From NCBI GenBank assembly GCA_023245755.1, contig JAHFJQ010000001.1, forward strand, positions 1 through 36,017: a stretch of 36,017 nt of DNA, given 5' to 3'. The notes below the pieces were generated by a model, which was not told the origin of the DNA, did no database searches, and saw only the letters and a list, made by a program, of their open reading frames with translations. Below, one piece after another: positions 25,701 to 33,038 of this stretch. This DNA is from an archaeon (GTDB lineage Archaea > Nanobdellota > Nanobdellia > SCGC-AAA011-G17 > GW2011-AR17). Both the position numbers and the translations under genes were made by a program. The first letter of the stretch is position 1, and every line of letters starts with the position of its first letter.

Positions 25701-26624
25701 GTGAAAAGGCGAAAAAGTATGACAAATCCCCTTTTATTCTATCTTTGGGAACATAGTGAAATACATCAGCTCTATACTCCTCATTTTGATGAACTTCTAC
25801 AAAGAGCAGATGCAATATACATGGAATTTCCATGCGATTACCCAGATATAGTCACAGAAATAGAAAGAGAAGTCAATAATTATAGAGCAACAGGAATATT
25901 TCCGAAAAGATTAAGAGATTCTGAACTCACAACAGAAACATACCTTGCTAGAAAATGGGTCAGTACACAAAAAAGGATCATTCTAGAAAGATATCCTGAA
26001 TGTACATTTGATCATAATGCAGAAGATAGAGAAAGTATGCAAGCACTAGTAACACAATCACTAGAAAGAGGAATGGAAAAAAAGAGGCAGTTCTACGGAA
26101 AAAGTACTGCCTATCAAAGAAGAAGAGAAGAAGCTGTTCTAGAACAAATTTTAGCAATTCCAGAAACAACAATTGTACTCTTTGGTGCAGGCCATAAAAA
26201 TCTAGCAAGAGAGGCACAAAGAAGAAGAGAAATAGAAATCATATACTCCTATCCCTTCGTGAGTCAATCATTTGGCATACAAGGAAGGGAATATTTCGAA
26301 AGAGAGGGCAGAGTAGATAGAGAACTATATTTAAGAGAATTTCTAGAAGATGTTTCAAATGCTGGACTAAGAAAAGGCTATGATCTTGTTGGAGAAGAAA
26401 AAGATATACTTGCACACGAGATTGCCGTACAAACTTCTATAGAAGATATTGAAAGTTATGCAAGAAGAATGAAATTAGGTATTGGATTTATAGATCCAGG
26501 AGACCTTTTTAAACAATTTGTAAAAGGAAAAGAAGAGATTGAAAGAAGGATTGAAACAGCAATGGAAAAGAGTTCAGCTATTCCAAGAATTGCAGGAATA
26601 GACGAAAGGTTTTTCAAATTTTAA
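25701..26624 (+). CDS. Hypothetical protein
   Basis: 307-aa Glu/Arg-rich ORF (GTG start; first ATG at codon 7). TIVLFGAGHKNLA is faintly reminiscent of TraB/ChaN-type GxGH, which is not sufficient for assignment. Confidence 0.45.
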   Translation: MKRRKSMTNPLLFYLWEHSEIHQLYTPHFDELLQRADAIYMEFPCDYPDIVTEIEREVNNYRATGIFPKRLRDSELTTETYLARKWVSTQKRIILERYPECTFDHNAEDRESMQALVTQSLERGMEKKRQFYGKSTAYQRRREEAVLEQILAIPETTIVLFGAGHKNLAREAQRRREIEIIYSYPFVSQSFGIQGREYFEREGRVDRELYLREFLEDVSNAGLRKGYDLVGEEKDILAHEIAVQTSIEDIESYARRMKLGIGFIDPGDLFKQFVKGKEEIERRIETAMEKSSAIPRIAGIDERFFKF

Positions 26625-26634
26625 GTTCTAAGAG

Positions 26635-27582
26635 CTATTTCTTTCGAAAAAGAAAATAGACAAGTAGCCCAACAAAAATACCAAATAGAACCATACCAAC
26701 AATAGGAACAACAGAGTTTGTCAGTAAAGAGCGTTGCAAATCATATCCAGTCAAACTCAAATCACCAATAACAATAGTATTAAAGTAACTCGTTCCCTGA
26801 AACAACAAAAAGAGCAGTCCGATAAACACAAGAAGAATTCCAGAAACAATCTGCGTGGTATGTGTTTCATATTTCTTTCCAAAGATCGTAAAAGAAACAA
26901 GTTTGCCCTTTATCCAAGAAACCTCTGAAAGACGAAAACCATCTACAAAGAAAGAAAGCAAAAAAAAGGGCACAAAATTTCCCAGTGCGTAAAAGAACAT
27001 AAGTAAAGCAACTTTAAGATAACTTCCTAGCACGGTAGCAATAAGAAGCACACCACCAAGAATGGGGCCAGTACATGCAGTCCAGCCAAGAGCAAAAAGC
27101 ATCCCTAAAAGAAACACTCCAAAAAGACTTTTCGCCTTAAACACTTTTACAGGTAAAAAAGAAAACCCCTTCCCCAGAATTTGCATAATACCAAAAAGAA
27201 TCAGAAAGAGACCCGCAATAAAAATCAAAGAGCTATTCTTAGATTGAAAAAGAAGAATACTCTGCCCAATTGCAGAAGCAATAAGACCTAAAGAAATAAA
27301 CACCGTAGTAAAACCCAAAAAGAAAGTAAGAGTATGTAAAGTACTTCGTTTCTCTAAACCATAAGAAAAGTACATAGGGATGGTTGCAAGTGTACAGGGA
27401 GAAAGCAGTGCAAGTAATCCTCCTAAAAAGGCAACAAAATAACTAATTGCTTCCAAATAATATACAGCCTGTTCATTATTATATTCTAAAACCTTTTGAA
27501 GCCCAGGAGGTAATTCCAAAGCAGAAGCTACACAAGTAAAGAGAAGGATACAAATCAAAGAAAAAAACAGGATTTTTTTCAT
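26635..27582 (-). CDS. ccdA: CcdA/DsbD-family transmembrane thiol-disulfide electron transporter
   Basis: Signal-like N-terminus and multiple TM helices. The two hallmark Cys motifs are LALLSPCTLATIPMYF and ALGWTACTGPILGG. Confidence 0.85.
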   Translation of the reverse strand: MKKILFFSLICILLFTCVASALELPPGLQKVLEYNNEQAVYYLEAISYFVAFLGGLLALLSPCTLATIPMYFSYGLEKRSTLHTLTFFLGFTTVFISLGLIASAIGQSILLFQSKNSSLIFIAGLFLILFGIMQILGKGFSFLPVKVFKAKSLFGVFLLGMLFALGWTACTGPILGGVLLIATVLGSYLKVALLMFFYALGNFVPFFLLSFFVDGFRLSEVSWIKGKLVSFTIFGKKYETHTTQIVSGILLVFIGLLFLLFQGTSYFNTIVIGDLSLTGYDLQRSLLTNSVVPIVGMVLFGIFVGLLVYFLFRKK

Positions 27583-27630
27583 AAAGGCAAAAAAGAAACC
27601 CAGTTAAAATAGTTTATGGAGAAAAAAGAT

Positions 27631-28095
27631 TTAGATATTTTCCTTAGCAGGAGGATCGCTTTTCTCATAAAGATAAAGAAAATTTGCAGCAGAAGTATGT
27701 CCCCACCAGCTCTTACGCAGTTTAATATCATACCCCCAAGCATCAGAGCCATGAAATGCAACAGCCATGGTAGCAAGTGCTAAACAAAAATCACGCACAG
27801 CAATATCATTATAGCCTAAACTAAATGCAATACCAAAAAGATGTAAAGAAAGCAAAAGTGCACTTAAGCGTGTAAACAACCCTAAGACTAAAAAGATACC
27901 AAAGACAGTTTCAAAAATTCCATTCAAATAAATAAAAGTTAAAGGCTCTACAGGAAGTGAACTTGTCCAAGAAGGAAGCCATGCTACCCATGCCCCAGCA
28001 TGAAATAATTGATTCAAACCAAACCAAAGAAAAAGAAAAGCAACAGAATAACGTAAGAAGATAGAAGAAAAATTTCGTAATCGTGTATAAGTCAT
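27631..28095 (-). CDS. DoxX/MauE-like redox-associated membrane protein
   Basis: 154 aa, four TM helices. FLRYSVAFLFLWFGLNQL and IFETVFGIFLVLGLFTRLSALLLSLHLFG fit the DoxX pattern. Upstream of ccdA on the same strand. Confidence 0.7.
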   Translation of the reverse strand: MTYTRLRNFSSIFLRYSVAFLFLWFGLNQLFHAGAWVAWLPSWTSSLPVEPLTFIYLNGIFETVFGIFLVLGLFTRLSALLLSLHLFGIAFSLGYNDIAVRDFCLALATMAVAFHGSDAWGYDIKLRKSWWGHTSAANFLYLYEKSDPPAKENI

Positions 28096-28205
28096 AAAAG
28101 AAATGAAGGAAAAGAATTATTTAAACCTACCGAAAAAACAACTATAGCAAAGAAACTACATTAAATATATAAACAGCAAATCCACAGATCAGCAAAGGTG
28201 AACCT

Positions 28206-28994
28206 ATGGAACACGAAAACGAAAGCGAAAAAAAAGTGTACAATCCTGAACACAAAACACATGAACATACGGAACATAAAGAACACCATGAGCAACATAC
28301 AAACCATGGTCCAAAAGAAAAACCTTCAAAGATTACAATTACAAATTGGGTTCTTCTCGTTTTATTCGCAGCGATTCTTCTTTTTAACCAATATCAAGTC
28401 ATGGGGCTAACATCTAGTGGAAGCTCAGGCTTCTCCTATGGTGGCGATGATCTTTCTGATGTAGATGTAACACAAATTCAATCAACTGCACAAGGAATCG
28501 CACTTCTTTTCCCAGTCAGTGAAATAAAAACGACAGAAGATGCAATTGCAATTATGATTCCAACTGGCACTCCAGAATATGGAGAAGCTATGGGAGTATC
28601 TTATGATGACCCAGTAACAGCTCTGAGTTTACTGGAAAATGGATATGCTTCATTAAAAGCACAAGCACAAGCTGATCCAGTAGTTTGGGATCGTTACCTT
28701 GCTCTTGCTGCAGCTCCAAGAGGAATTTCTTGTGAGTTCTGTTGTGGCGTTGGAGCACAGGGAATTAGTGCAGATGGTACTTCGCGATGTGGCTGTGCAC
28801 ACAACCCTGCAGTACAATCAGTAACATTATGGCTCATGTTAAATACAGATTATTCTGACGCAGAAATCCTACGAGAAGTCTACAGATGGAAATCTTTATG
28901 GTTCCCACAAGACATGGTAGGCCTTGCATTACAAATAGCAGGTGGCGATACAAGCGTTTTAGAAGATTTACCAGGAATGGTAGGGGGATGTTAA
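28206..28994 (+). CDS. Membrane-anchored protein with His-rich N-tail, extracytoplasmic Cys cluster and C-terminal LPGMVGGC
   Basis: GGTGA SD. N-terminus HKTHEHTEHKEHHEQHTNH, then one TM helix (WVLLVLFAAILLF). Cys cluster CEFCCGVGAQGISADGTSRCGCAHNP, possibly PCYCGC-like. Ends LPGMVGGC-stop. Confidence 0.6.
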   Translation: MEHENESEKKVYNPEHKTHEHTEHKEHHEQHTNHGPKEKPSKITITNWVLLVLFAAILLFNQYQVMGLTSSGSSGFSYGGDDLSDVDVTQIQSTAQGIALLFPVSEIKTTEDAIAIMIPTGTPEYGEAMGVSYDDPVTALSLLENGYASLKAQAQADPVVWDRYLALAAAPRGISCEFCCGVGAQGISADGTSRCGCAHNPAVQSVTLWLMLNTDYSDAEILREVYRWKSLWFPQDMVGLALQIAGGDTSVLEDLPGMVGGC

Positions 28995-28995
28995 A

Positions 28996-29217
28996 ATGAT
29001 GAATAAAAATTGGATTTTTGCTATAATACTAGCAATTTTAGTCGTTGTCTCTGTGATTCAAGCAGTGCAACTTAGTGGGATCAAAGATGACATAAGTAAT
29101 GGAGATATAAGCACATCAAGTGGATCTTCTTCTGCAAGTGTAGCAAGTTCAGAAAGCTCTACAAGTAGTAGTAGTTCTTCCTTAAGTGAACTTCCATCCA
29201 TGGTTGGTGGGTGTTAA
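28996..29217 (+). CDS. Miniprotein: TM helix + poly-Ser stalk + C-terminal LPSMVGGC
   Basis: 73-aa ORF starting 1 nt after the previous stop. WIFAIILAILVVVSVIQAV, then a Ser-rich tract, ending LSELPSMVGGC-stop. The motif is shared with the upstream gene but encoded with different synonymous codons. Confidence 0.5.
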   Translation: MMNKNWIFAIILAILVVVSVIQAVQLSGIKDDISNGDISTSSGSSSASVASSESSTSSSSSSLSELPSMVGGC

Positions 29218-29240
29218 TTTTTTCTTTTTTGGTGTAAAAA

Positions 29241-30323
29241 ATGAAAACGATAAAAGCAGAAAAAGTAACGTGGATTCTCTTGGGACTTATAGCCCTTGTT
29301 CTTATAATCAACCTCTATTTTACAACAGCAATGCAAGGAATAACAAAAGACCTTGCTTCGCAAACAGAAGAGCTCAATCGAGCTGCGCAAATACAAGTAA
29401 CAACCATTAGCGATGCAAGCTGTTCTGACTGTTTTGACATTTCTACTGTAGTGGATTCCATTACAAGTGCAAACGTTGAAGTGACTTCACAAACAGAACT
29501 AGACTATACAGAAGCAAGTGCACAAGAACTTATTGAAAAATATAATATTGAAAAGCTTCCGACAGTGATTGTTACCGGAGAAATTGCAAAAGAAGGCTCA
29601 CCGATTACAGGTTTAACAAGTGTCCAAGACGCTCTCATTTTTGAAAACCTAGAACCTGTATACTTAGAAGTAAGCTCTGGTGAATACAGAGGCAGAGTTC
29701 AAGCAACTTTAATTCAAAATAGTGAATGTGAAGACTGTTACGACCTAGGAAGCTTCGTTGACACACTCAAAGAACTCATATCAATATCTGATGTGAATAC
29801 CATCGAGTTAAGTGATGCCTCTGCAGAAGTGGAAACATACAACCTCTCAGAAGTACCAGCAGTGATTTTAAGTGGAGATCTAGCTCTCTACCCAGATACA
29901 GTACAAAAGCTAGAAGCACTGGGAGTATATGTAGGAGATGACCTTGTTCTTACTGCAAAGCTCAATCCTCCTTACTGGGATCTTGCAGATGATGAAGCAA
30001 AAGGCCTAGTAAGTATAGTTTATCTTACGGATGATTCTTGTGAAGACTGTTATAATGTAAATATTCACAAGACCGTACTAGAAAATTATGGCGTATTCCT
30101 TGCCCAGGAAAGTACAGTAGACATCTCTAGTAGTGAAGGACAGGACTTAGTAAACAAATACAGTATTACTCAAGTTCCAACAATCATCGCATCTTCAGAT
30201 ATGAAATACTATACAGACCTAGAAAAAGTCTGGGAAAAAGTAGGATCTGTAGAAGACGATGGAAGCTATGTCTTTAGAAATGTCAGTATTGTATCTGCAA
30301 ACTACACGGATCTGAGCGAATAA
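29241..30323 (+). CDS. Membrane-anchored protein with three tandem thioredoxin-fold CxxC modules
   Basis: N-terminal TM helix. Three ~100-aa repeats, each with a CxDC(F/Y) site (CSDCF aa61, CEDCY aa163, CEDCY aa267) and a downstream cis-Pro-type motif (KLPTVIV, EVPAVIL, QVPTIIA). Confidence 0.7.
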   Translation: MKTIKAEKVTWILLGLIALVLIINLYFTTAMQGITKDLASQTEELNRAAQIQVTTISDASCSDCFDISTVVDSITSANVEVTSQTELDYTEASAQELIEKYNIEKLPTVIVTGEIAKEGSPITGLTSVQDALIFENLEPVYLEVSSGEYRGRVQATLIQNSECEDCYDLGSFVDTLKELISISDVNTIELSDASAEVETYNLSEVPAVILSGDLALYPDTVQKLEALGVYVGDDLVLTAKLNPPYWDLADDEAKGLVSIVYLTDDSCEDCYNVNIHKTVLENYGVFLAQESTVDISSSEGQDLVNKYSITQVPTIIASSDMKYYTDLEKVWEKVGSVEDDGSYVFRNVSIVSANYTDLSE

Positions 30324-30326
30324 ACC

Positions 30327-30345
30327 TTTTTATTTTTTTATTTTA
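30327..30345. terminator. Oligo-T tract after the Trx-module gene
   Basis: TTTTTATTTTTTTATTTT immediately after the stop at 30323, between convergent genes. Confidence 0.3.
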
Positions 30346-30435
30346 AAATTTCTTTGAATACTCAGTCATAAGTAGTATTTTCTTAAGAAGTAAATAGACT
30401 ATAACAGAAAAAAGTGGCCTAACAAAGAAAAAGAA

Positions 30436-31044
30436 CTAATCTTCTTTAATGAATTCTTCCAAAGGAATACTCAATTCTTCTTCAGATTTAATTGTTCCTC
30501 GTGCCTTCATGTATTCTTTTGCAAGAAGATAGAACATGAGACCAAGGGATTTCTTTCCCTTATTATTACAGGGAACGACAAGATCCACAAAGTTAGACTC
30601 ATTGTTTGTATCACAACAAGCGACAACAGGAACACCAGTACGTACAGCATCCATAACCGCATTTTTATCTGGCCATGGATCAGTAACAAAAAGAATTTTT
30701 ATTTCTTTAAAATCTTCAAGAGCAGGATTTGTAAGTAGTCCAGGTCTATATCTTCCAGCAATAACCGGAATACCTGTTAATTTATGGAAAAGCTTCGCTC
30801 CAGCCCATCCATTTTCTCTTCGACAAACAACAAGAATATCTTTTGGATCATATTGAGCTAAGAATTTTGCAGCGATTTCAATTCTTTCATCAATTTTCTT
30901 TACATTCAAAACAGACAATCCATCTGCTCGAACTTTATAGATAAAAGGAGCCATATAGCTTGTTCGAAACTTTGTTCCAATATGTAAACCAACTTTGAGA
31001 TAGTTCTCTAAAGGAGTTAAAAATACTTCTTGTTCCTCTGTCAT
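30436..31044 (-). CDS. rps2: 30S ribosomal protein uS2 (archaeal type)
   Basis: LKVGLHIGTKFRTSYMAPFIYKVRADGLSVLNVKKI and DPWPDKNAVMDA...IPVVACCDTN are typical of archaeal S2. Confidence 0.95.
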   Translation of the reverse strand: MTEEQEVFLTPLENYLKVGLHIGTKFRTSYMAPFIYKVRADGLSVLNVKKIDERIEIAAKFLAQYDPKDILVVCRRENGWAGAKLFHKLTGIPVIAGRYRPGLLTNPALEDFKEIKILFVTDPWPDKNAVMDAVRTGVPVVACCDTNNESNFVDLVVPCNNKGKKSLGLMFYLLAKEYMKARGTIKSEEELSIPLEEFIKED

Positions 31045-31093
31045 GGGTGTACTGAAATTATCAAGGGTATATAAAGCTTTTGCCAGTACAAAA

Positions 31094-32230
31094 TTAAGAA
31101 TACTCTCTCTCCAGACGTATAAGTTCTTTCAACTTGACTTCTCGTTCTTTGCCAAAGATTCCTGTCTTAATATAGGGTATATGCCATGCTGCAGCAAGGT
31201 GAGCAATAAGAGGGTCCATAGTCTCTCCCGAGCGATGAGATATCACTGTTTGTATGCCTTTTTTTCTACAAAGATCAACAATTTCTTTTGTATGGACAAG
31301 AGACCCAATCTGATTTGGTTTGACAATAATACTATTTACGGACTTGTGTTTCAGTGCGATATGCAAACGGCCTATATTTGTAGTAACAAGATCATCTCCA
31401 CAAACTAAAGTACGTTTTCTTTGCACTTTTGAAAAACCAGAAAAGTCTTCTTCTTGTAGTGGATCCTCAACATAGCCCAAACGGTACTCTTTAATCCATG
31501 TATTCACCAAATCAATCTGTTGCTGTGTTGAAAACAGTTTTCTTTGAGATAAAGACGAAAAATTGCTATAGGTATACTTTCCTCCAGAATAAAACTGAGA
31601 AGAAGCCATATCCACACCAAAACGTGCAGGGATATCTCTAGACTCTAACAAGGAAGAAAGAAAAGAAAAGACGTCTTCATCCGTTTTTGGAAGAACAAAG
31701 GCTCCTTCATCCGTTTTCTTTTTTGCCAAAGTGAGTTTTCCAATAGTATCATACACCTTCTTATTAATCCTAACTCGTTCAACAAAGCTTTTTGCTTGAG
31801 GAATTAAAAGAAACTCCTGTATATCCGTACTTTTAAAAGCTGTATGAGCCCCACCTCCAATACAATTGCCTAAAGGAATAGGAAATCGTAATCGTGAAGA
31901 AAGGTACGGTGCAATATTTCCCTTCGATAATGCCTGTAAGCATGCTGACTGGAGTGCAACAACAGCATTCCCACCAATTTCAGAAATAAAAGGATCAAAG
32001 ACCGCAAGATCCGAAAATTCTTCTAAAGAGACACCAACAAGTTTCATACGAGTATTAATAAAATGAACGGAGAAAGAAATTCCTTGAGAAGAAAAACAAG
32101 GCACTTCATGTTTTCCTGTAGACGCACCAGAAGGAGCTGAGCCCTTATACTTTTTATTTACTATAACTTCTATAGTTTTTTCTCCACGGGAATTATGAAT
32201 AATACGAGCTTTCAAGTCTTGTATACGCAT
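31094..32230 (-). CDS. eno: Enolase (compact 378-aa form)
   Basis: RGEKTIEV...APSGASTGKHE, DEGAF, VDMASSQFY, VEDPLQEEDF, CGDDLVTTN, VKPNQIGSL, SHRSGETMD, IKTG. All canonical metal and catalytic positions are visible. Adjacent to rps2, as in the conserved archaeal cluster. Confidence 0.9.
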   Translation of the reverse strand: MRIQDLKARIIHNSRGEKTIEVIVNKKYKGSAPSGASTGKHEVPCFSSQGISFSVHFINTRMKLVGVSLEEFSDLAVFDPFISEIGGNAVVALQSACLQALSKGNIAPYLSSRLRFPIPLGNCIGGGAHTAFKSTDIQEFLLIPQAKSFVERVRINKKVYDTIGKLTLAKKKTDEGAFVLPKTDEDVFSFLSSLLESRDIPARFGVDMASSQFYSGGKYTYSNFSSLSQRKLFSTQQQIDLVNTWIKEYRLGYVEDPLQEEDFSGFSKVQRKRTLVCGDDLVTTNIGRLHIALKHKSVNSIIVKPNQIGSLVHTKEIVDLCRKKGIQTVISHRSGETMDPLIAHLAAAWHIPYIKTGIFGKEREVKLKELIRLEREYS

Positions 32231-32284
32231 ATACTCTTAACAGCACTAAAACTTTATATGTCTTTGTAATGGTAAAAAATATTC

Positions 32285-32303
32285 TTCTGAAAATCTTTCA
32301 AAA
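32285..32303. repeat. Palindromic intergenic motif copy A (TTCTGAAAATCTTTCAAAA)
   Basis: TGAAA-ATC-TTTCA, 66 nt upstream of tRNA-Leu(UAA). It lies in a divergent intergenic region with no upstream gene to terminate. Confidence 0.55.
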
Positions 32304-32317
32304 TTTTTGTGTAAAAC

Positions 32318-32330
32318 TTTTTGAATATAA
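32318..32330 (+). promoter_or_regulatory. BRE/TATA-like promoter of tRNA-Leu(UAA)
   Basis: TTTTTGAATATAA centred about 26 nt upstream of tRNA position 1 (32351). Confidence 0.5.
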
Positions 32331-32350
32331 TCTTTCTAAGGAAGTCATAC

Positions 32351-32471
32351 GCTGGAGTCGCCTAACCTGGTAGGGCGGAGGTCTTAAAGCTCCCTAGTCT
32401 AGAGGAACTAAGGAGTATAAGACAACCTCTTGTCTTGACGGACTTTCTGGGTTCAAATCCCAGCTCCAGCG
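32351..32471 (+). tRNA. tRNA-Leu(UAA) with a 35-nt intron at canonical 37/38 position (32389..32423)
   Basis: Hand fold: acceptor GCUGGAG/CUCCAGC, D stem GCC(U)/(G)GGC, and anticodon stem GAGGU/ACCUC interrupted after CUUAAA (anticodon UAA 32385..32387). Long variable arm, T arm CUGGG-UUCAAAU-CCCAG, discriminator G. No encoded CCA. Confidence 0.85.
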
Positions 32472-32526
32472 CATAAAACTTTTCAAGAATATAAAACTTA
32501 CGAAAAGAAAGAAAGAAAGAAAAAAA

Positions 32527-32958
32527 CTACCTGTTTCTTCGCTTAGAAGGCTTTGTTCCTTTAAAGTGCCAATATGCTACTCCTACCAAAAGAAGCACAC
32601 CTACACCAGCAAGGATCCATGGTAAAGTAGAACCTTCAGAAAAATATTCTGATGCAGGACGCTTTACTCCAGGTTTACAAACTCCACTAGCACAAATATA
32701 GTTAGAACCTAACGTTGAACAAGCAACATTTATAGTACTAATATCATTATTAATACCACTACCTGTACTTCTACATCCATATTCCAGAAGATTTGTACTG
32801 CTCTGACAAGAATCTGTTAACATAGATCCATTAGAAAGAGAAGCCGTACCTTTTACAGTATATGCAGTATTACTACCATCACTATCTGTACACACAGCAC
32901 TCACCAAGCCTACACCCAACAATAACAAACCTAATAGAATAACTATACTTTTTTTCAT
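32527..32958 (-). CDS. Secreted Cys-rich protein with conserved LPWIL C-terminal membrane anchor
   Basis: Signal peptide (ILLGLLLLGVGLVSAVC) and an ectodomain with 8 Cys (TDSC...LLEYGC...CASGVC). C-terminus is EYFSEGSTLPWILAGVGVLLLVGVAYWHFKGTKPSKRRNR. GGGGAGTGATG SD. Confidence 0.6.
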   Translation of the reverse strand: MKKSIVILLGLLLLGVGLVSAVCTDSDGSNTAYTVKGTASLSNGSMLTDSCQSSTNLLEYGCRSTGSGINNDISTINVACSTLGSNYICASGVCKPGVKRPASEYFSEGSTLPWILAGVGVLLLVGVAYWHFKGTKPSKRRNR

Positions 32959-33038
32959 TTCATCACTCCCCTTTTTATAATAAATACAGACTAAGAATAG
33001 TATTTTATATAAAAAAAAACGATTCTATAATATATACT

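Noticed and set aside
32503-32526. (AAAG)n microsatellite-like tract after tRNA-Leu(UAA)
   Set aside because: It is a short purine run of four units ending in poly-A, immediately next to a stop codon in AT-rich intergenic DNA. It is probably compositional, or the complement of a T-rich terminator for the minus-strand gene.
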